Origin: Acidimicrobiia bacterium
Lineage (GTDB): Bacteria; Actinomycetota; Acidimicrobiia; Acidimicrobiales; JANYDT01
Length of the DNA: 64,000 nt
Assembly (NCBI GenBank): GCA_031385545.1
Contig: JANNBN010000129.1
Span: forward strand, 33,062-97,061
Direction: 5' to 3'
Part shown: positions 32,312 to 41,282 of the stretch, piece after piece
How the letters are laid out: each line of letters begins with the position of its first letter
Position numbering within the stretch: position 1 is the first letter of the stretch
Translations under genes and position numbers: made by a program
The notes under the pieces: model-generated
Seen by the model: only the letters and a program-made list of their open reading frames with translations
Told to the model about the DNA's origin: nothing
Database searches by the model: none

Positions 32312-34582
32312 TCAGGGGAGCGCGATGTCTTGCGGCCGCACAGGGACCCGTGGCAATGCCAGCCCGGTCGCGGCCCTGATAGCCGCTGCGACGGCCGGTG
32401 TGGAGCTGATGGTCGGGGGCTCGCCAACGCCTTTTGCCCCGAACGGTGCTCCTGCTTCGGGCTGGTCGTACAGGCCGGCGATCCGCACATGCGGCATGTC
32501 GAGTGCGGTCGGGATGAGGTAGTCCGTAAAACTGGGATTTCGCACGCGGCCATGGTCGAGAACGATTTCCTCCATCACCGCAAGCCCGACGCCCTGGGCG
32601 GTGCCGCCCTCGATCTGGCCGATCACGTGCTGCGGGTTGAGGATTGTGCCGGTGTCCTGAGTGGTTGCCATTTCGACGACTCGCACCAGGCCAAGGTCGC
32701 AGTCGACATCGACAACCGCACGATGGGCGGCAAAGGCCCAGCTCACGTGTGCGTCGCCCTGCCCGTTCTCGTCGAGAGCGCACGTCGGGCGGTGCCGATA
32801 CTCAACTACTTGATGCACGACGTCGTTGCCGACGAACGTGATGACTGGTTCGTCGTGGTCGCCGTTCAGCGTGGATACCCGACCATCGCGAAGCTCGATC
32901 GCTGCCTGTGCAACGGTCCATCGTTCGGACGCAAGTGCGATTATCTGCGCGCGTACTGCTTCGCACGCGGTCATGACAGCTCCGCCAGACATCCATGTCT
33001 GACGTGAAGCAGACGTTGATCCGGCCGACCCGATGAACGTGTCTGCGGGTTCCAACACAATGTCGTCAACCCCCAGGACGGTGCGGGCGATCTGGAGGGC
33101 GATCGTGACGAAACCCTGTCCGACCTCAGCGCAGGCTGACTTGATGGAGACCCGCCCGCCACCGATGGTGCACGACGCGGTTGAGAAGTCGTCGAATCCC
33201 TCGGAGAAGGCGATGTTCTTCCACCCGATTGCGACTCCGACACCCCGCTTGACGTGGTGCGCGTCGGCAGTCCGTCCGGCTCCACCCGGCCGCGCCATCA
33301 TCTCGTCCGTGCCCCGCGTGTCGGCGGGCATCGGGTACGCATCGAGCCACGCAAGCAGCTGATCCGTGGGAGCGGTGCCGTCGAGTATCTGCCCGGTGAT
33401 ACACGTGTCGCCGGTGCGAATGAGGTTGCGTCTGCGTATCTCGACGGCGTCCAGACCGCAGGCGTCGGCGAGCCGATCCATCTGGCTTTCGTGCGCGTAA
33501 CAGGTCTGGACTGCGCCGAAGCCGCGCATCGCTCCGCACGTCGGGTTGTTGGTTCGGACGGCCCATCCGTCGACCGTTGCGCTCGGTACCCGGTAGGGGC
33601 CGGTTGCGAAGCACGCCGCGTTGGCTATGACCGCCCGTGAGGAGGACATGTACGCGCCGCCGTCGAACACCAACCGGCACTCGACGCGTTGCAGGATGCC
33701 GTCCCTCGTCGCATGGTGGCGATACCACATGCGTGCGGGGTGGCGATGGACATGCCCGAGGAAGCTCTCAAGCCGCGAGTACACGATCTTGACCGGGCGG
33801 CCCGTCTTCAACGCAAGGAGGCACAGATGAACGTGCATGCTCACGTCTTCACGAGCGCCGAACGCTCCGCCGACTCCGGCCAGGTGAACCCGGACCTTGT
33901 CCTCCGGCAACCCGAGGCAGGGTGCGAGCTGCCAAAGGTCGCTGTGCAGCCATTGGGTGGACACGTGCAGGTCCACCCCTCCGCCACCGTCTTCGGGGAT
34001 GGCGAGCCCGCTCTCCGGACCGAGGAATGCCTGATCCTGCATCCCGACTTCGTAATTCCCCTCGACAACGACCTCGCCGGTGACGGACTGATCACCGTGC
34101 CGGATGACCAGATGACGAAAGATGTTTCCGTCGGGGTGGATGGGCGCCGCGGTGATTGCCTGCTCGGCATCGATCAATGGTTCCAGGACGTCGTAGTTGA
34201 CGATGATTGCGGCGGCAGCACGGCGAGCCGTTTCAGGGTGGTCGGCGGCAATTGCGGCGATTGGTTCGCCGTAGAACCGGACGACGTCGTGTGCGAACAC
34301 CGGTTGGTCCGGATGTTCGAGACCGTAGACCTTGGCGCCCGGTACATCGTCCTGGGTAACGATGGACTGGACTCCGGCGATCTTCCACGCCGGGCTGAAG
34401 TCGATGGACACGATTCGAGCTGACGCGTGCGGGGATCGGAGGACGTGTGCCCACAGCATGGACTCGGCGTGGAGGTCGCTGGAGAACTCGAACGATCCGG
34501 TCACCTTCGCGACGCCGTCAGGCCGGGCCGCTGATGCGCCGACGCGCCCGTGAACGGCCGCAGATGTGGTGGACGCGCTCAT
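32312..34582 (-). CDS. Xanthine dehydrogenase family molybdopterin-binding large subunit
   Basis: ARPDGVAKVTGSFEFSSD..., ...RFYGEPIAAIAA..., GGAFGAREDVSMH, ...GFGAVQTCYAHE..., GEPPTISSTPAVAAAI. ATGA overlap (34579-34582) with the 2Fe-2S subunit gene fixes the start. Confidence 0.88.
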   Translation of the reverse strand: MSASTTSAAVHGRVGASAARPDGVAKVTGSFEFSSDLHAESMLWAHVLRSPHASARIVSIDFSPAWKIAGVQSIVTQDDVPGAKVYGLEHPDQPVFAHDVVRFYGEPIAAIAADHPETARRAAAAIIVNYDVLEPLIDAEQAITAAPIHPDGNIFRHLVIRHGDQSVTGEVVVEGNYEVGMQDQAFLGPESGLAIPEDGGGGVDLHVSTQWLHSDLWQLAPCLGLPEDKVRVHLAGVGGAFGAREDVSMHVHLCLLALKTGRPVKIVYSRLESFLGHVHRHPARMWYRHHATRDGILQRVECRLVFDGGAYMSSSRAVIANAACFATGPYRVPSATVDGWAVRTNNPTCGAMRGFGAVQTCYAHESQMDRLADACGLDAVEIRRRNLIRTGDTCITGQILDGTAPTDQLLAWLDAYPMPADTRGTDEMMARPGGAGRTADAHHVKRGVGVAIGWKNIAFSEGFDDFSTASCTIGGGRVSIKSACAEVGQGFVTIALQIARTVLGVDDIVLEPADTFIGSAGSTSASRQTWMSGGAVMTACEAVRAQIIALASERWTVAQAAIELRDGRVSTLNGDHDEPVITFVGNDVVHQVVEYRHRPTCALDENGQGDAHVSWAFAAHRAVVDVDCDLGLVRVVEMATTQDTGTILNPQHVIGQIEGGTAQGVGLAVMEEIVLDHGRVRNPSFTDYLIPTALDMPHVRIAGLYDQPEAGAPFGAKGVGEPPTISSTPAVAAAIRAATGLALPRVPVRPQDIALP

Positions 34583-35082
34583 CCGTTCATCCGTGCCGCA
34601 GCGGCATTCTTGATCGCTTCGAAGATGCGGCCATATCCAGTGCACCTGCACAGGTTTCCGCTGATTGCTTCTCGCATCTCCAAGTCCGTTGGCGATGGCG
34701 TGTGGTCCAGCAGATCGTGCACCGCCATCACGAGCCCGGGGGTGCAAAAGCCACACTGCACTGCTCCGGCCTGAACAAACGCTGCTTGCACGTCGCTCAG
34801 TCCGCTGTCTGTCGGGGCAAGGCCCTCGACGGTGGTGACTCGTTGTCCTTCGGCGCTGGCCGCCATCACCAGACAGGCGCAGACGAGTCGTTCGTCCAAC
34901 AGCACCGAACAGCTGCCGCATTCACCTTGCTCGCAAGCGTTCTTGGCTGCCGGCTGGCCGAGACGTTCTCGGAGCACGTACAGCAAACTCTCGCCCTGCC
35001 AACCGGCATCGACGGTGTGTGTGGTGCCGTTGACAATGAGCGTGTAGGTAACCAGCTCGTCGGGCAAAGATGTTGTATCCAT
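34579..35082 (-). CDS. (2Fe-2S)-binding small subunit of the xanthine dehydrogenase family enzyme
   Basis: CEQGECGSCSVLLD (plant-type cluster) and QCGFCTPG...LCRCTGY (second cluster). Confidence 0.92.
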   Translation of the reverse strand: MDTTSLPDELVTYTLIVNGTTHTVDAGWQGESLLYVLRERLGQPAAKNACEQGECGSCSVLLDERLVCACLVMAASAEGQRVTTVEGLAPTDSGLSDVQAAFVQAGAVQCGFCTPGLVMAVHDLLDHTPSPTDLEMREAISGNLCRCTGYGRIFEAIKNAAAARMNG

Positions 35083-35111
35083 GATTTGGTGGGTTCGTCC
35101 TCGTGGTGTGG

Positions 35112-35960
35112 TCAGAGGAGCCGCATGAGCGCTCGTTGCGCCATGACACCGATTGCGTGGCGGCGGTAATCGGCTGTTGAACGATGGTCGGTGATGGGTG
35201 TCGCCGCATGAGCGACCATCATGCCGAAGGTTTCATATGTACGCGGATCAACGACGCGTGGTGATTCCCAGTCGATCTGTTCGGCCACCCAGGTTTCGGC
35301 CTCCGGTGCGCGAAGCGGCACCGGCCCGACGGACCCCAAAGCGACCCGTACGTTCCGCCCCCCGAGGTCGACCACGAGGGCAAGGCCCGCAACGCTGATG
35401 ACCATCGCGTTGCGGGTGCCGACCTTGAGATAGTCCTGGCGGCTGTCCAGCACGGGCAGGGTGATGGCGGTGATGAGTTCGTCCGGCCTGAGCGAAGTGC
35501 GTTTCACGCCGACGAAGAAGTCACGCCAGCCGACCAGTCGTGTCAAGCGGTGCACAGATGTCAGCTCGATGTGCGCATCCAGCGCAGCGAGAACCGGCAG
35601 GGTGTCTCCGGCCGGCGACGCAGTGCCGACGTTTCCGCCGATTGTTCCGGCGTTGCGAATCTGCGGCGATCCGACCGTTCGCGCTGCAGCCGCCAGTGCT
35701 GGGTGGGTGGACGAAATCGGTGGCTGCTGGAACTGCGAGTACGTGACGCCAGCGCCGATGCGAAGCGTCGTGTCGGTCAGGTCGATCGTCTTGAGTTCGG
35801 GTATCCGCGAGAGCGCGATGACCGATCCGGGCCGGCGGTGGCCGGCGTTGACTTCGACCATGAAATCGGTGCCACCAGCAAGGAACTGGGATTCCGGGTC
35901 CGCCTGAAGTGCGCGGAGGGCGTCGTCCAGGGAATGCGGCGTCGCGATGGGCATCAGCAA
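35112..35960 (-). CDS. FAD-binding subunit of the xanthine dehydrogenase family enzyme (CoxM/XdhB-like)
   Basis: FLAGGTDFMVEVN..., ...IRNAGTIGGNVGTASPAGD.... First gene of a three-gene minus-strand operon. Confidence 0.88.
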   Translation of the reverse strand: MLMPIATPHSLDDALRALQADPESQFLAGGTDFMVEVNAGHRRPGSVIALSRIPELKTIDLTDTTLRIGAGVTYSQFQQPPISSTHPALAAAARTVGSPQIRNAGTIGGNVGTASPAGDTLPVLAALDAHIELTSVHRLTRLVGWRDFFVGVKRTSLRPDELITAITLPVLDSRQDYLKVGTRNAMVISVAGLALVVDLGGRNVRVALGSVGPVPLRAPEAETWVAEQIDWESPRVVDPRTYETFGMMVAHAATPITDHRSTADYRRHAIGVMAQRALMRLL

Positions 35961-36023
35961 ACCTTACTGGCGGGCTTTACTTTTCATGAAGACCCTCGTT
36001 GAACAGTTTGTGCACAGACCTCG

Positions 36024-36080
36024 GGACGAACCCTGGACGAACCTCTGGACAAACCTCCGAACGAATCCAGACGAGCATTC
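36024..36080. repeat. Five degenerate 11-12-bp direct repeats (GGACGAACCYY-like) just upstream of the EamA gene
   Basis: GGACGAACCCT, GGACGAACCTCT, GGACAAACCTCC, GAACGAATCCA and GACGAGCATTC are read consecutively. The array ends 20 bp before ATG 36101, in the divergent region shared with the XDH operon. Confidence 0.7.
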
Positions 36081-36100
36081 GGGGTGGCACAATCTGACCC

Positions 36101-36949
36101 ATGGCCGTCGTCTTCGCGCTCGGCTGCGCCTTGATGTACGGGGTGGGTGACTACGCCGGTGGACGTGGTTCCAGGTTCGCTTCGGCGGCTTCGGTTACTG
36201 CAACAGCGCAGGCGGTTGGCATCGTGGCGTTGGTGCCAGGCCTGCTGATCATCGATGGCAGGTTGACCGGGCGGTCACTCCTTGTTGGTGCGCTGGCTGG
36301 AATGAGTGGCGAGATCGGCCTGCTGCTTCTGTATTCGGCGCTGGCACGCGGCGCGATGTCGGTGGTCTCGCCGATCGCCGCAATGCTCACCGCTGTCGTT
36401 CCCGTTATTGCTGGTTGGGTCATCGGAGAGTCTCTCGACCCACGCCAGTTCGCCGGCGTGATGGTAGCGCTGATTGGGATCGCGCTCATCAGCCGAGGGG
36501 GGTCCAACGACGGATCGGCTCCGGCCCACCACACCCGTCCATCGCCCCCGGTCCTGATGATGAGCGTTGCGGCGGGAATCGGCTTCGGTTTGTTCGTGGT
36601 TGCGCTTGACCGGGCAGGTGACCAAGCGGGCCTGTGGCCCCTCATCGCCGCCCGACCGGTCGGTGCGGTACTGGCGGCCGGTTATGCGTTTGTGACACGG
36701 GTCTCGCCGATCGTCACGCGCCCCGTTTTCGGGCTCGCTGCGGTGGCCGGAAGTTTCGACGTGCTTGCCAACATCCTGGCGATCCTGGCCGCGCAGCACG
36801 GCAAGGTTGCAGTGGCAGGACTGCTGATCTCGCTGTATCCGGCGAGCACCGTCGTACTGGCCAGGGTGCTCGATCAGGAACCGATTTCGAAAGCGCAAGT
36901 CGTCGGCTTTGCTCTTGCCGGAACGGCTGTTGCGCTGATCGCAGCCTGA
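36101..36949 (+). CDS. EamA/DMT-family transporter
   Basis: 10 predicted TM segments in two halves. Gly/Ala/Val/Leu-rich, typical EamA repeat organisation. Confidence 0.75.
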   Translation: MAVVFALGCALMYGVGDYAGGRGSRFASAASVTATAQAVGIVALVPGLLIIDGRLTGRSLLVGALAGMSGEIGLLLLYSALARGAMSVVSPIAAMLTAVVPVIAGWVIGESLDPRQFAGVMVALIGIALISRGGSNDGSAPAHHTRPSPPVLMMSVAAGIGFGLFVVALDRAGDQAGLWPLIAARPVGAVLAAGYAFVTRVSPIVTRPVFGLAAVAGSFDVLANILAILAAQHGKVAVAGLLISLYPASTVVLARVLDQEPISKAQVVGFALAGTAVALIAA

Positions 36950-37053
36950 AGCGAGGCGTGAGGGTTTGGCGAGACGCGACCCAGGGTATGCGAGCCTCAC
37001 ACCCTGGAGGAAGCAATCAAAACGCTCATCAGACCCAGAACAGTCCACACGCG

Positions 37054-37704
37054 ATGAACATCGAGACAACTGCTGTGCCTGATCACGTGATCGAACGGGT
37101 CATTCCGGTACGACGGCGTACCGTCGACATGGTTCTCATCGCAGCAGGGGCGCTGGCGACAGCTGTCCTTGTTCTTGCCGGAGGCCTCTTGCTGTGGGGA
37201 TACAACTTTTCGAGCAGCTATGTGAGCGATGAACTGTCGTCGCAGCACATCGCGTTCCCCTCCGCAGAGGCGCTGACCGCAGAGGGTCGCACGGATCTCC
37301 TGAAGTTCGCCGGGAAGCCGCTGAACAACGGAGCAGGAGCACAGGGTTATGCGAGCTATATCAACGGCCACCTGCAGAAGGTCGCCGCTGGCGCGACCTA
37401 CGCGGACCTGGGTGTGCCCGAGCGTGCGGCCAAAGCAGCCGCGTTGGCCGCCGTCGAGTCCGGTGCTCCGCAAGCGACGGTCGACGAACTGCAGGCAACG
37501 GCTGCCGGAGTCACGGCTCAGCGCGACACGATGTTCAAAGGTGAGACCCTGCGCGGTCTGCTGTTGTCTGCCTACGCCTGGTCCACGGTCGGGAGAATTG
37601 CAGGAATTGCGGCCGTCGCAGCGTTGATCAGCGCGGCGTTGATGCTGGTTCTTGTTGCGCTCGGGCTGGTCCATTACCGACGCTCGGTCAGCAGCCAGCG
37701 CTGA
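37054..37704 (+). CDS. Hypothetical bitopic membrane protein (N- and C-terminal TM helices around a soluble Ala-rich domain)
   Basis: Start at ATG 37054 (MNIETTAVPDHV...). TM1 is MVLIAAGALATAVLVLAGGLLLW and TM2 is IAGIAAVAALISAALMLVLVALGLV. The upstream ORF part overlaps the EamA gene and was rejected. Confidence 0.55.
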   Translation: MNIETTAVPDHVIERVIPVRRRTVDMVLIAAGALATAVLVLAGGLLLWGYNFSSSYVSDELSSQHIAFPSAEALTAEGRTDLLKFAGKPLNNGAGAQGYASYINGHLQKVAAGATYADLGVPERAAKAAALAAVESGAPQATVDELQATAAGVTAQRDTMFKGETLRGLLLSAYAWSTVGRIAGIAAVAALISAALMLVLVALGLVHYRRSVSSQR

Positions 37705-37736
37705 CATGACCTCCGTTGTCCGCCCGTGTTCCGACG

Positions 37737-38363
37737 TCAGATCTGCGCGATGCGGGCGAGCAGCATGTCCAAGGCCGGTTGATTCTTTCCACCGTGCGGG
37801 ATGATCACGTCTGCATAACGCTTCGATGGTTCGATGAACTGTTCGTGTGCCGGACGCACCGTGTCGAGGTACTGGGCAACGACCGAGTCCAACGTGCGAC
37901 CCCGCTCGTCCATGTCCCGGCGAAGACGCCGGATGAATCGGATGTCGGCGTCGGTGTCGACGAACACCTTGAGATCCATGAGCGCGCGTAGGGATGGCTC
38001 CCACAGCACCAGGAGACCTTCCACCACCACGATTGGCGCCGGTCGAACATGCGATGTGGCTTCAGCTCGGCGATGGTCGGAGAAGTCATAGACCGGTGCG
38101 CTGACGGCGAACCCGGCACGCAGCGCTCCAAGCTGCTCGGCCATCAGCTGCCAGTCGAACGCGTCGGGGTGGTCGTAGTTGAGCGCAGCCCTGCCTTCCA
38201 GGTCCAGGTCATCGCGGTCTTGGTAGTACGCGTCGAGAGCCAGCACTGCGACTCGCTCGTGGCCCGCAAGCCCGATCACCTGGTCTGCCACGGTGCTCTT
38301 GCCCGAGCCGCTGCCGCCGGCTACACCGATCACGAAGGGCCTGCGTTGGTCGGGTGTCGTCAT
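37737..38363 (-). CDS. udk: Uridine kinase
   Basis: P-loop VIGVAGGSGSGKSTV and ...DAYYQD...NYDHPDAFD...VVVVEGLL...FVDTDADIRFIRRLRRD. Start at ATG 38363 gives an ATGA overlap with the upstream gene. Confidence 0.9.
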   Translation of the reverse strand: MTTPDQRRPFVIGVAGGSGSGKSTVADQVIGLAGHERVAVLALDAYYQDRDDLDLEGRAALNYDHPDAFDWQLMAEQLGALRAGFAVSAPVYDFSDHRRAEATSHVRPAPIVVVEGLLVLWEPSLRALMDLKVFVDTDADIRFIRRLRRDMDERGRTLDSVVAQYLDTVRPAHEQFIEPSKRYADVIIPHGGKNQPALDMLLARIAQI

Positions 38364-38701
38364 GAGCGTCCTGGTCGTCGTGTGCTGCGCGTGCGCCAAC
38401 AGGCTGTGTGGAAGTGTCTGCGGTGATCTGGGGCGTCGTCAGGGACGACCACAACGTGCGGTGAGCCGACGGGAATCGACTGGTTGCAGACGGGGCAGTC
38501 GTAGCGCTTCGTCGCCTGTTCGCCGCGAACGGTTCGCACGGTGATCTGGTCGTCCGCGTATGTGCCGATGCCGGGAATCATCCGTGGCGTTGGATCGGCC
38601 GCTTCCCCGCCAGTGGCGAACCTGCCAGTGCCGGCCCCGCCGGCGGTGAGCCAGCGCGGCGGGGTCCACGCCGGCACCTGGGGCGCTTTGCGGCGACCCA
38701 T
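38360..38701 (-). CDS. Hypothetical small protein with CxxC...HxxC motif
   Basis: 113 aa, coupled to udk. YDCPVCNQSIPVGSPHVVVVPDD...RRHFHTACW suggests a zinc ribbon. Family not recognised. Confidence 0.5.
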   Translation of the reverse strand: MGRRKAPQVPAWTPPRWLTAGGAGTGRFATGGEAADPTPRMIPGIGTYADDQITVRTVRGEQATKRYDCPVCNQSIPVGSPHVVVVPDDAPDHRRHFHTACWRTRSTRRPGRS

Positions 38702-38769
38702 CAGGGTTGCTGCCTTTGCGGCTGGATCCGCTTGCTCACGAGTTCGACCCTATTCCAGCGGACCCGCCT

Positions 38770-39549
38770 TCACCCACGGGCGATGTCGTAGAGGAGGCGG
38801 GCCAACAGGGCAGCGACGACGATCAGAAAGACACGGCGTACCCACAGACTTCCTTTGGCGATGGCCAGGCGTGAACCGATCTGGGAGCCGGCGAGGTTCG
38901 CAGCTCCCATGGCAAGCCCGAGGCCAACCAGCACGTTGCCATGGCTGGCGAACCAGGCGATCGCTCCGAGGTTTGTGGCGGTGTTGACCGTCTTGGCGAT
39001 GGCGTTCGCCTCGATGAATGCCAGTCCGACGACTCCGACGAGGAGCAGGACCAGGAAGCTCCCTGTGCCCGGGCCGATGAGCCCGTCGTAGAAGCCGATG
39101 CCCAGCCCGCCACCGGCAAGCACCGCTCGGCGCCGTGATTGGGTAAGCCGCTCGTGTGTGACTGCTCCCAGGTTCGGCTTGCGCCACACGTAGACGAACA
39201 CGACCGCAAGCGCGATAACGACCAGGGGCTTCAACGCTGCCGTGGAAAGCCGCGACGCAATCATCGCACCGACCAACGCAGCGCAACCGGCCAGCCCGGC
39301 CATGAGGAGCGCTTCGCGTCTGTTGATGCGGACCGTACGGTTGTACACGATGGCCGCAGAGGCCGTACCCCACACCGAAGCGAGTTTGTTGGTGCCCAGC
39401 AGCATCGCGGTTGGCTGGCCGTGCAGTGTGAGGAGCAACGCAGGGATCTGCAACAAGCCACCTCCGCCGACGATGGCGTCGATCCCGCCGGCGCAGAACG
39501 CGGCGATGACCAGCACGATCCACTGTCCAGTTGTGATGGTGGCAAGCAC
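38770..39549 (-). CDS. TauE/SafE (TSUP) family sulfite/anion exporter
   Basis: 8 TM segments. GGIDAIVGGGGLLQIPALL and ...GLIGPGTGSFLV... are typical TSUP repeats. GTG start. Confidence 0.8.
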   Translation of the reverse strand: MLATITTGQWIVLVIAAFCAGGIDAIVGGGGLLQIPALLLTLHGQPTAMLLGTNKLASVWGTASAAIVYNRTVRINRREALLMAGLAGCAALVGAMIASRLSTAALKPLVVIALAVVFVYVWRKPNLGAVTHERLTQSRRRAVLAGGGLGIGFYDGLIGPGTGSFLVLLLVGVVGLAFIEANAIAKTVNTATNLGAIAWFASHGNVLVGLGLAMGAANLAGSQIGSRLAIAKGSLWVRRVFLIVVAALLARLLYDIARG

Positions 39550-39596
39550 GGCCCGAAATCGTAGGCGAGAGAGGTACCCCCCGATGCTGGGGGAAA

Positions 39597-39629
39597 TCCA
39601 CCTCCGTTCGAGACTTGGAGGTGGACTAC
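39597..39629 (-). terminator. Hairpin with U-tract (minus-strand sense) in the HAD-TauE intergenic region
   Basis: The minus-strand RNA reads UCCACCUCC-AAGUCUCGAAC-GGAGGUGGA followed by UUUCCCCC. A second small hairpin CCCCC-AGCAUC-GGGGG follows. It could be a terminator or a 5' leader structure of the TauE gene. Confidence 0.4.
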
Positions 39630-39863
39630 CGCATTGCGTTCAGACCATTCGCTTTGCATTGCTGTTCGCGTGCGTCAGCCAGGTGCTGCTTGCACCGCTC
39701 ATCGGGCTCATCCCGATCCATTGGGGTGATCTGGATGGGCGTTCTCTCCGATGCGGTTTCGATCCACGTGGCGCTGACTACGGCTGTATCGGTCGCAGTG
39801 CTTGTGTTCGCGCTTTTCCGTTGCACTGCAGCGGCCACGCTGGCGCTCGCTCGGTCTCGCTGA

Positions 39864-40556
39864 CTAGAACTCGGTCTCGCCTGTTGCCCGTTCACGGTGC
39901 CGCGATGCGGAGTGAGCGAGGCGGGTGACGGCGGCGATGAGCTCGTCAGGGTGGCCCACCAGAGCGCTGGGTGCAAGTGCTTCAAGCTCGCCTGGGTCCG
40001 CATATCCCCAGCGGACACCGATCGAGTGGAGGCCGTGTGTGTGCGCTCCGAGGATGTCGACGTTGCGATCACCGACCATCACAGAGTTGGCCGGGTCCGC
40101 TCCGGTGCTGCGAAGCACATGCTCGATGACATCGGCCTTATGGCGACGGGCTCCGTCGGCCGTGGCACCGCCCAAGAACACCAGCTTGGAGTGGATACCA
40201 AAATGATTGACGATGCGTTGTGCGGGCCCCTCGGGTTTCGAGGTAGCCAATGCCAGCAGGTGGCCTTCGTCGACCAAGGTGTCGAGCGCCTTCTCGATCC
40301 CGTCGTAAAGGGTGGCATCGAACAACTTGCCCCCTTCGTCGTACACCGAACGGTATGCGTGAATAGCATCTTCGATACGGTGCAGCGGGATGCCAAGGTC
40401 TGGAAAGGTCTCCTGGAACGGAGGGCCGATCATGGAACGCAGGGTCTGCTCGGATGGCACGGCTACACCAACGTGGGTGAAAGCGTGCCGGATGCCAGCC
40501 GAAATGCCCGCAAATGGGTCGGTGATGGTGCCGTCGAGGTCGAGCAGGACGTACAT
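39864..40556 (-). CDS. HAD-superfamily hydrolase (phosphoglycolate phosphatase-like)
   Basis: Motif I LLDLDGTITD, motif II ALATSK, motif III/IV K...VMVGDRNVDILGA. Start at ATG 40556. Confidence 0.85.
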   Translation of the reverse strand: MYVLLDLDGTITDPFAGISAGIRHAFTHVGVAVPSEQTLRSMIGPPFQETFPDLGIPLHRIEDAIHAYRSVYDEGGKLFDATLYDGIEKALDTLVDEGHLLALATSKPEGPAQRIVNHFGIHSKLVFLGGATADGARRHKADVIEHVLRSTGADPANSVMVGDRNVDILGAHTHGLHSIGVRWGYADPGELEALAPSALVGHPDELIAAVTRLAHSASRHRERATGETEF

Positions 40557-40564
40557 CTCGGCCG

Positions 40565-41272
40565 CTAGACAGCAGCGGCTGGGACGGAAGCGACTGAACG
40601 GTCGATGGCCGGAAGCGACATTCTGTCGAGCACGAATTGAACCATCGGGCCGATACCGAACATGAACACCACTGTGCCAATTCCTGCGGTGCCACCGAGC
40701 AGGAAGCCAAGACCGAGTGTGGTGATCTCGACCAGTGTGCGGCCCATGCGAACCGACAGGCCCAGCGCCTTGAGTCCCGTCATGATGCCGTCGCGCGGTC
40801 CTGGGCCCAAGCCACTGCCGATGTACATCCCGCTCCCCAAGGCGATGACGGCCAACCCGACCAGCATGAATAACCACCGCGACAACAGTGCGTCTGGGGC
40901 GCCGAGGTGCGGCCTCACCAAGTCCACGACCAAGCCGATTTCCAGCGTGTTGAGAACCGTGCCGAGTCCTATGCGCTGGCGAAGTGGAATCCAGAGCGGA
41001 AGGACGGCCAATCCGACGACGTTCATCACCAACCCGAATTCAACGTTGAACCGTTTGGCCAGCCCTTGGTGCAGCACGTCCCACGGCGCGACTCCTAAGT
41101 TGGATTGAACCAACAGGGCGATGCCGAACCCGAACAAGGCCAACCCAATGACACAGCGAGGTAACCGTTGGCGCAGCTCTGCGGCGGACAGTGGTTCCTG
41201 GCGCAAAGAGCGGATGAGCAACACACTGAGAGTGATGACGAGTGCGAGTCGTGCAAAAGCGGATCCGGACAT
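40565..41272 (-). CDS. YczE/YitT-like membrane protein
   Basis: About 6 TM segments. GVAPWDVLHQGL and GSGLGPGPRDGIMTGL motifs match the YczE-type family as I recall it. Start at ATG 41272. Confidence 0.6.
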   Translation of the reverse strand: MSGSAFARLALVITLSVLLIRSLRQEPLSAAELRQRLPRCVIGLALFGFGIALLVQSNLGVAPWDVLHQGLAKRFNVEFGLVMNVVGLAVLPLWIPLRQRIGLGTVLNTLEIGLVVDLVRPHLGAPDALLSRWLFMLVGLAVIALGSGMYIGSGLGPGPRDGIMTGLKALGLSVRMGRTLVEITTLGLGFLLGGTAGIGTVVFMFGIGPMVQFVLDRMSLPAIDRSVASVPAAAV

Positions 41273-41282
41273 TCGCTCAGGT

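Noticed and set aside
39615-39863. 82-aa plus-strand ORF in the HAD-TauE spacer as a real gene
   Set aside because: It has a TTG start without an RBS, only moderate third-position G/C bias and a Cys/Ser/Arg-rich N-terminal half with no family resemblance. I kept it only as a remark within the spacer finding.
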